13,270 bases of DNA. It comes from Candidatus Eiseniibacteriota bacterium (lineage in GTDB: Bacteria > Eisenbacteria > RBG-16-71-46 > JABDJR01 > JAWXBZ01). Below the pieces are notes generated by a model. That model saw only the letters and a program-made list of their open reading frames with translations, had not been told where the DNA came from and ran no database searches. The position numbers and the translations under genes were made by a program. Location of the stretch: positions 1-13,270 of the forward strand of contig JAWXBZ010000204.1 in assembly GCA_034440375.1 (NCBI GenBank). Reading direction: 5' to 3'. Every line of letters begins with the position of its first letter. The stretch's first letter is position 1. Shown here in pieces: positions 7,965 to 13,270 of the stretch.

Positions 7965-7993
7965 CTGACCGATGCTCGCCAAATCGGTATAAT
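7965..7993 (+). promoter_or_regulatory. Sigma70-type promoter for the kinase-serB operon
   Basis: CTGACC (7965-7970), 17-bp spacer, perfect TATAAT (7988-7993) in an intergenic gap. Confidence 0.65.
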
Positions 7994-8021
7994 CGAACCA
8001 CCTACTGGCAGGGGCCGGTGA

Positions 8022-8070
8022 CCTGGTTTCAGGTGAGGATTTCCTGGTGTCGGATGAGGATTAGCTGGTG
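8022..8070 (+). repeat. 21-bp imperfect tandem direct repeat covering the RBS/start region
   Basis: CCTGGTTTCAGGTGAGGATTT (8022-8042) vs CCTGGTGTCGGATGAGGATTA (8043-8063), 17/21 identical, then partial GCTGGTG containing the GTG start. Confidence 0.75.
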
Positions 8071-8520
8071 CCTGAACGACGCCTTCAACTCGACATACCC
8101 GTCTCCGCACGATGGCTTCACGTTGCCGCCAACTTCATTCGGGCGGCTGCCGAGGGGGCCGGCTTTGACGAGGACGCCATGGAGGCGATCGAGATCGCGT
8201 CCATGGAGGCAGTGGAAAACGTCATCGATCATTCGAAACTCGGCAGCGGGGACCGCCTCCAGCTTGAATCGACTTTCGATGGTCGGGACTTCGTCGTCCA
8301 GATTCGTGATCGAGGTATTCCCTGGCCGCACGAGGTCACCTCCGGAATGGTGGGGCATGACATGCCACCCCCCGACGCACCGCGCGGTCGCGGGATCGCC
8401 ATGATGCGGGCCCTGATGGACGAAGTGACTCCCTGGCAGGGAACCGACGGCGAGAAGGTCCTGCGCATGGTCAAGCACCGGGCAAACGTGGACGCCGCTG
8501 GTTCCTCCGCCCACGCATGA
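8068..8520 (+). CDS. RsbW/SpoIIAB-like anti-sigma factor Ser kinase (HATPase_c_2)
   Basis: N-box MEAVENVIDH, G1 IRDRG, G2 GRGIAMMRALMDEV; 150 aa; GAGGA 7 nt before the GTG. Confidence 0.9.
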   Translation: MPERRLQLDIPVSARWLHVAANFIRAAAEGAGFDEDAMEAIEIASMEAVENVIDHSKLGSGDRLQLESTFDGRDFVVQIRDRGIPWPHEVTSGMVGHDMPPPDAPRGRGIAMMRALMDEVTPWQGTDGEKVLRMVKHRANVDAAGSSAHA

Positions 8521-9725
8521 CCCACCAGTTGGTCCTGGTATCCCTTTCCGGTCCCGATCGCCCTGGTCTCCTCGGCGACATCACCGCGACCCTTGCCGAT
8601 GCCGGTTTTCGCCTGGTCGACATTCAGCAGGCGACGCTTCTTGACTGGCTGGCCCTGTCGATCCTGGTCGATGTCGGGCCCGGTGCCGAGCCTCCCACCC
8701 GGCTGCTCCGTGCCATTGGGGGCACGGCCCTGGCTCTAGGCCTGAGCGTGGATGCCAGGCTCATCGAAGCCAGCGAGGCCAGTCGCCTTGGCCGACGCGA
8801 TCTGTGGGCCCTGACCATTCTGAGCGAGGGTTTGGAAGTGGCCACGGTATCGCGCCTGGCGCGTGTCGTCGGTGAACATCAGGCCAATATCGTCACGATC
8901 CACCGGCTGGCCGAGGAAGACCTCTCGGCCGTCGATTTCATCCTCGACGTCACCAACACCCCCGACCTGGCCGAACTGAAGTCGGAACTGCTCCACCTGT
9001 CCGACACCACGGGAATCGACCTGGGCCTCCAGCCGGAAGATGCTTTTCGAAAGAGCAAGCGGCTGGTCGTTTTCGACGTCGACTCGACACTCGTGGACGG
9101 TGAGGGAATTGACGAACTGGCGCGGGAAGCCGGCAAGGGAGAGGCGGTAGCCGCACTGACCCGCCAGGCGATGGACGGCAATCTTGACTTCGCCGATGCC
9201 CTGCGTCGCCGGGTTGCGCTCCTGGAGGGGCTTTCGCTCGAGGGCGTCCATCGCGCCGCCGAACGGCTGCCGCTCACCCCCGGAGCCCACCAGACGGTCG
9301 AGATTCTCAAGGAGCTGGGATATCGGGTGGCCGCCATCAGCGGTGGATTCGACCTTCTCGTGGAGCCGCTCCGGCGAAAGCTTCAACTGGACCACGCCTA
9401 CGCCAATCGACTGGAAGTGAGCTCCGGGCTGCTGACGGGCCGTCTGATCGGCGATCTGGTCGATGGTGCCGGCAAGGCCGCCCTCCTGCAATCCATTGCG
9501 GCCGAGGAACGAATACCATTGGAGCAGGTGGTAGGGGTCGGGGATGGGGCCAACGACATTCCCATGCTCCAAGCCGCCGGGCTCGGGATCGCTTTCGGAC
9601 GACGCGACAAAATTCGAAGGGCTGCCCAGGGGGCCATTCGAAAGCAGGATCTGAGCGGAATCCTTTATTTACTTGGAGTTACGGGCCGCGACCTGGCTGT
9701 GCTCCGCCGGCGGCGGCAAGCTTGA
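8517..9725 (+). CDS. serB: Phosphoserine phosphatase SerB with two N-terminal ACT domains
   Basis: ACT start LSGPDRPG; HAD motif I FDVDSTL, motif II ISGGF, motif IV GDGANDIPML; ATGA overlap with the upstream gene. Confidence 0.95.
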   Translation: MTHQLVLVSLSGPDRPGLLGDITATLADAGFRLVDIQQATLLDWLALSILVDVGPGAEPPTRLLRAIGGTALALGLSVDARLIEASEASRLGRRDLWALTILSEGLEVATVSRLARVVGEHQANIVTIHRLAEEDLSAVDFILDVTNTPDLAELKSELLHLSDTTGIDLGLQPEDAFRKSKRLVVFDVDSTLVDGEGIDELAREAGKGEAVAALTRQAMDGNLDFADALRRRVALLEGLSLEGVHRAAERLPLTPGAHQTVEILKELGYRVAAISGGFDLLVEPLRRKLQLDHAYANRLEVSSGLLTGRLIGDLVDGAGKAALLQSIAAEERIPLEQVVGVGDGANDIPMLQAAGLGIAFGRRDKIRRAAQGAIRKQDLSGILYLLGVTGRDLAVLRRRRQA

Positions 9726-9750
9726 CAGTTTGTACAAGGGTCTGTAAACT
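9722..9750 (+). promoter_or_regulatory. Near-consensus sigma70 promoter overlapping the serB stop codon
   Basis: TTGACA (9722-9727), 17-bp spacer, TAAACT (9745-9750); predicted +1 near A9757. Confidence 0.8.
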
Positions 9751-9756
9751 CTACTC

Positions 9757-10004
9757 ACCTCTGGCACGGTGTGAAGCAATGCCTCGACCTGATTGATACG
9801 ATTGAGGTAGGGGCTTCAGGTATTTAGGACTCACGATGTAAAAGGACAAATCGTCAATTTTTGTTGACGATTCGAACCTTTGAGCCGATCAGGGGTATGA
9901 AACGGGCAACACGTTTTCGCGAGGTTAACCGGGACCGCGCCGCCCTGCGGGTTCTAGGCGACACCAAGCGATGGGGGGCAACCGCAAGGTTGCCTCCTTT
10001 TTTT
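9757..10004 (+). ncRNA. Candidate structured non-coding RNA (~250 nt), possibly a divergent 6S RNA
   Basis: Bounded by a strong promoter and terminator with no credible CDS; 5'/3' pairing GGTGT/ACACC and GCCTCGACCTG/CGGGTTCTAGGC; central perfect hairpin AATCGTCAA/TTGACGATT. Family assignment not established. Confidence 0.65.
9973..10004 (+). terminator. Intrinsic terminator
   Basis: GGGGGCAACC-GCAA-GGTTGCCTCC stem (10 bp, one G-U) with GNRA loop, followed by T7 (9998-10004). Confidence 0.9.
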
Positions 10005-10152
10005 ATGTTCAAGATCTTTTCCACAATCGTTTGTCACTTTGCAGGCCTTTTTTGCGCATTACTGTTTGCCGCTGGGAGAGAGTCAGGGGGGACACCAAAC
10101 CGCGCCGTCCGGGCAGGAACGGCCGGCTTCGTCGTTCCGGCAGGACCCAGCC

Positions 10153-10182
10153 GGCCGGGTCGGGGGAAACTCCGGCCCGGCC
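10153..10182 (+). terminator. Strong GC hairpin between convergent units (3'-end/terminator structure)
   Basis: GGCCGGGTCGGGG-GAAA-CTCCGGCCCGGCC, 13 bp with two G-U pairs; only a weak U-tract (ATCTTCATT) follows. Confidence 0.55.
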
Positions 10183-10215
10183 ATCTTCATTCGGGGCTTG
10201 CCAGTGGGCAATGGT

Positions 10216-10965
10216 TCAGCCGCCAAACATCTTCTGGATTATTCGCCTGGTTGCCTGCCGGTTCATGTCGGCAATTGATTCGACCAGGTCTATCTCCTTG
10301 GGGCAGGCCTCGACGCAGTTCTGAGCATTGCCACAGTCCTGGATTCCACCCTCTTCCGTCAGCGCATCGATTCGCTCCGAAGCATGCATGGCGCCCGTCG
10401 GGTGTGCATTGAAGATCCGCACCTGGCTGATGGCCGCCGCCCCGATGAAGTTATTGCCGGTCGTCACCTGGGGGCAGACCTCGAGGCAACATCCGCAGGT
10501 CATGCACCGCTGCAGCTGGTAGTACACCTGCTGCTTTTCCGGGCTGAAACGCGGACCGGGTCCCAGGTCATGGGTGCCGTCGATCGGTACCCAGGCCCGG
10601 ACCCTTTTCAATGCTTCGAACATGCGGCTGCGATCGACAATCAGGTCACGGATCAGCGGAAACTTGCTCATCGGTTCGAGGCGAATGGGTTCCGTCAGCT
10701 GGTCGACCAGCGCACTGCATGATTGGCGCGGCTTGCCGTTGATGACCATCGTGCACGAACCGCAGACCTCCTCCAGGCAGGAGCACTCCCAGGCCACCGG
10801 CGGTACGGTCTTCCCGTCCCGCGTCACCGGTTTCTTCTGGATATCCTGGAGGCAGGTGATGACATTCATCCCCTGACGGTAGGGGACCTCGAAATCCTCC
10901 CACCTCGACGACTGATCCGGCCCGTCCTGCCTCCGAACACGCATCCGCACCATTCGGCCGATCAT
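10216..10965 (-). CDS. sdhB: Succinate dehydrogenase iron-sulfur subunit (Bacillus-type)
   Basis: CLEEVCGSC..C [2Fe-2S], DLIVDRS, CMTCGCCLEVCP, CGNAQNCVEACP motifs. Start ATG 10965 has GGAG upstream; ATG 10980 is an alternative. Confidence 0.95.
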   Translation of the reverse strand: MIGRMVRMRVRRQDGPDQSSRWEDFEVPYRQGMNVITCLQDIQKKPVTRDGKTVPPVAWECSCLEEVCGSCTMVINGKPRQSCSALVDQLTEPIRLEPMSKFPLIRDLIVDRSRMFEALKRVRAWVPIDGTHDLGPGPRFSPEKQQVYYQLQRCMTCGCCLEVCPQVTTGNNFIGAAAISQVRIFNAHPTGAMHASERIDALTEEGGIQDCGNAQNCVEACPKEIDLVESIADMNRQATRRIIQKMFGG

Positions 10966-10990
10966 CGCACCACTCTCCATTCGAGAAGCA

Positions 10991-12832
10991 TCAGCCCGTC
11001 AGTGCGGCCGCCTTCGTCTCGGCGTCGCCCCCTTTTTTGTCAACGTCGTACTTGCGTGCGCGTGGTGTGATCAAGCTCGTATCGACCGCCATGTAGGACA
11101 GCTTCGGTCCCTCGGGCGTGAACTGCGCCAGGGTCGTCTTGAGGAAACGGGCGTCGTCCCGTTCGGGGAAATCGGGCTTGTAGTGCGCGCCGCGGCTTTC
11201 ATCGCGCTGCAGCGCGCCAAGCGTCATCGCTTCGGCCAGAATCAGCATGTTATGAAGCTGTCGGCTGAAATGGAGGGGCTGGTTCATCCAGGCCCCCTTG
11301 TCGGTCAGCGTGATCTTCCAGAATCGCTCGCGCAGTGAGGCGATCGAGGTCAGGGCCGCCTTGAGCTTGTCGTTGTACCGGACGACGGTCATGGCTCCGG
11401 TCATCAGATCGCCCAGTTCCGCATGAAGCTGAAAGGGGTTTTCCGGGCCGTCGAGGGCGAGCAGCCTCTTGTTGAAATCGTCGTGGCGCTTCATCTCGCG
11501 ATCAAAAATGCTTTGAGAGGCCTCGGCGGCGGTCGACTCCTGCGCTTTCACGAACTTGATTGAGTCGGGTCCGCCCATCATGCCGGCAAAGACGGTCGAC
11601 AGAAGGCTGTTGGCCCCGAGACGATTGGCACCGTGGTAGCCAAATTCGCATTCGCCGACGGCGAAGAGGCCGGGCACGTTGGTCATCTGCCAGTGGTGGG
11701 GCTGGCCGTCGTCCCGGGGGTAGTCGACCCAGAGGCCGCCCATCGAGTAGTGCACTGCCGGGAAAATCTGCATCGGCACTTTTCGCGGGTCCTGGCCGAC
11801 GAACTTCTCGTAGATCTCCATGACGCCTTCGAGCTTGGCGTTGAGCACCGCCACCGGGATGTGCGTGACATCCAGATAGACCTTGTCCTTGCCATCAATG
11901 CCGAGACCGAGCTCGCGACAGATCTTGAAAATGGCCCGGGTGGCGATGTCGCGGGGGACGAGGTTGCCGTAGGCCGGATACATCGCCTCGAGGAAGTACC
12001 AGGGCTGGCCAACCGGTGGGCGGCCCTCCTTGCCGTCCGAAGGCACCCAGACCCGACCGCCCTCACCACGGATCGATTCCGACATGAGACGCAACTTGTC
12101 CTCGCCGGGAATGGCCGTGGGGTGAACCTGGATGAACTCGCCGTTGGCGTACCAGGCCCCCTGCTGATAGGCCGCGCTGGCGGCGGAGCCGGTGTTGATC
12201 GTCGAGTTGGTCGAGCGGCCGAAGATGAGGCCGGGGCCACCCGTGGCCAGGATGACGGCATCCGATCGGAACGACTGGATCTTTCCGCTGACCATTTGCT
12301 GGCAGATGGCACCCCGGCACTGCCCGGCGTCGTCCGGCACGTAGCCGATGAACTCCCATCCCTCGTACTTGGTGACCAGGCCGGCGACCTCGTAGCGACG
12401 GACCTGTTCGTCCAGTGCGTACAGGAGCTGCTGCCCCGTCGTCGCGCCGGCAAATGCGGTGCGGTGATGCTTGGTGCCGCCAAAACGCCGAAAGTCGAGC
12501 AGTCCCTCGGAGGTCCGGTTGAACATGACCCCCATCCGATCGAACATGTAGATGATGCCCGGCGCCGCCTCGCACATCTTCTGCACCGGCGGCTGGTCGG
12601 CCAGGAAATCGCCGCCGTAGATGGAGTCGTCGAAATGCTCCCAGGGGGTGTCACCTTCGCCCTTCGTGTTGACGGCTCCGTTGATTCCACCCTGCGCGCA
12701 GACGGAGTGCGATCGCTTCACGGGAACAACCGAGAAGAGATCGACATGCTGGCCCGCCTCGGCGATCTTGATGACCGTCATCAGGCCGGCCAGGCCGCCC
12801 CCGACAACAATGAAGCGTGGTTTTTCAGCCAT
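10991..12832 (-). CDS. sdhA: Succinate dehydrogenase flavoprotein subunit (Bacillus-type)
   Basis: IVVGGGLAG Rossmann motif, RSHSVCAQGGIN covalent-FAD His, QVHPT, SESIRGEGG, HYSMGG, HGANRLGANSL, ESRGAH. Start set at ATG 12832 (MAEKPRF). Confidence 0.96.
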   Translation of the reverse strand: MAEKPRFIVVGGGLAGLMTVIKIAEAGQHVDLFSVVPVKRSHSVCAQGGINGAVNTKGEGDTPWEHFDDSIYGGDFLADQPPVQKMCEAAPGIIYMFDRMGVMFNRTSEGLLDFRRFGGTKHHRTAFAGATTGQQLLYALDEQVRRYEVAGLVTKYEGWEFIGYVPDDAGQCRGAICQQMVSGKIQSFRSDAVILATGGPGLIFGRSTNSTINTGSAASAAYQQGAWYANGEFIQVHPTAIPGEDKLRLMSESIRGEGGRVWVPSDGKEGRPPVGQPWYFLEAMYPAYGNLVPRDIATRAIFKICRELGLGIDGKDKVYLDVTHIPVAVLNAKLEGVMEIYEKFVGQDPRKVPMQIFPAVHYSMGGLWVDYPRDDGQPHHWQMTNVPGLFAVGECEFGYHGANRLGANSLLSTVFAGMMGGPDSIKFVKAQESTAAEASQSIFDREMKRHDDFNKRLLALDGPENPFQLHAELGDLMTGAMTVVRYNDKLKAALTSIASLRERFWKITLTDKGAWMNQPLHFSRQLHNMLILAEAMTLGALQRDESRGAHYKPDFPERDDARFLKTTLAQFTPEGPKLSYMAVDTSLITPRARKYDVDKKGGDAETKAAALTG

Positions 12833-12925
12833 TTCCGATATCCCAGGTGGGTGATTGGATGGTAATCGTGAGGCGCGTTTCACGACTCGTGGACGCCCCA
12901 GGCCCGTGGCAGATCCGGTCTTTGG

Positions 12926-12954
12926 ACTATACGCCGGGGTGAGAGATGCAGCTA
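12926..12954 (-). promoter_or_regulatory. Possible promoter for sdhAB
   Basis: TATAGT -10 on the minus strand (12931-12926); the -35 at 17 bp (TAGCTG) is poor. Confidence 0.35.
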
Positions 12955-13270
12955 GACTGACAGTTCCCGCCCCGTCCGCGCGACAATCTCCGGCAATCGC
13001 TTCATGTCGGCCTCCGTGGTTCGGAAGTTGACGCAGCAGGCGCGGAGGACGTAGGTGTCATTGAGGACGGCGTTGGAGAGGAAGGCGTCGGGGCCATTCT
13101 GCAGTCGGGCCACGAGCTCGGTATTGAGCTTGTTGAGCGCGGTCTCGCCATCGGGCGTGCCGGCCTTCGGGCCCGGCGCGCCGGGAGTTGTAAACGACAG
13201 CGGCACGTACCGAAACGTGGCGATCGACAGGCCAACGGTGAACGCCTCGATTTCTGGATGGTCAGAGGCC
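12952..13270 (-). CDS. C-terminus of a group II PLP-dependent decarboxylase (aromatic-L-amino-acid/glutamate decarboxylase family); 5' part outside the window
   Basis: Frame open to the window edge: ASDHPEIEAFTVGLSIATFRYVP...LNKLNTELVARLQ...AFLSNAVL...LRACCVNFRTT, matching the C-terminal motifs of this family. Confidence 0.85.
   Translation of the reverse strand, partial: ASDHPEIEAFTVGLSIATFRYVPLSFTTPGAPGPKAGTPDGETALNKLNTELVARLQNGPDAFLSNAVLNDTYVLRACCVNFRTTEADMKRLPEIVARTGRELSV

Noticed and set aside
8022-8070. Tandem repeat as a mini CRISPR array
   Set aside because: Repeats are adjacent with no spacers, only about 2.3 copies, and no cas genes are present.
9789-9924. Hammerhead-like CTGATTGA ... 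GAAAC ... GTT
   Set aside because: Core has an extra base versus CUGANGA, and stems I and II do not pair next to the core.
10017-10025. DnaA-box-like TTTTCCACA in an AT-rich region (possible oriC)
   Set aside because: Single one-mismatch copy, no cluster of boxes and no replication genes nearby.
10071-10151. Glycine riboswitch resemblance (GGGAGAGA...CGCCG...GGAC)
   Set aside because: Lacks the conserved CCGAAG and CTCTCAGG elements, and no plus-strand gene follows.
9861-10412. 183-aa plus-strand ORF
   Set aside because: TTG start inside a hairpin loop, runs through a strong terminator and overlaps sdhB antisense; no recognisable protein features.
11633-12865. 410-aa plus-strand ORF
   Set aside because: In-frame antisense shadow of sdhA caused by high GC3.

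Overview
GC-rich bacterial chromosomal window with no mobile elements, CRISPR array, rRNA or tRNA. Left, minus strand: a GT2 glycosyltransferase overlapping a large polytopic membrane protein that runs off the window and is absent from the ORF track (possible GT-C fold). Divergent plus-strand cluster: TIGR02757/DUF2400 HhH-GPD-like protein with a C-terminal Cys cluster, MFS transporter, a nicotinamidase/isochorismatase-fold protein lacking its catalytic Lys/Cys, two exported hypothetical proteins, a carboxypeptidase-regulatory-repeat lipoprotein whose signal peptide is encoded through an intrinsic terminator and lacks a canonical start codon, then an RsbW-like kinase coupled to ACT-domain SerB. 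After serB is an AT-richer intergenic region with a near-consensus sigma70 promoter, ~250 nt of structured non-coding sequence and a terminator (candidate ncRNA, possibly a divergent 6S RNA), followed by a possible second plus-strand small RNA. Right, minus strand: the 3' end of a group II PLP-dependent decarboxylase and Bacillus-type sdhA-sdhB with no adjacent sdhC. All calls are from manual motif reading and hand-folding; no searches were run.
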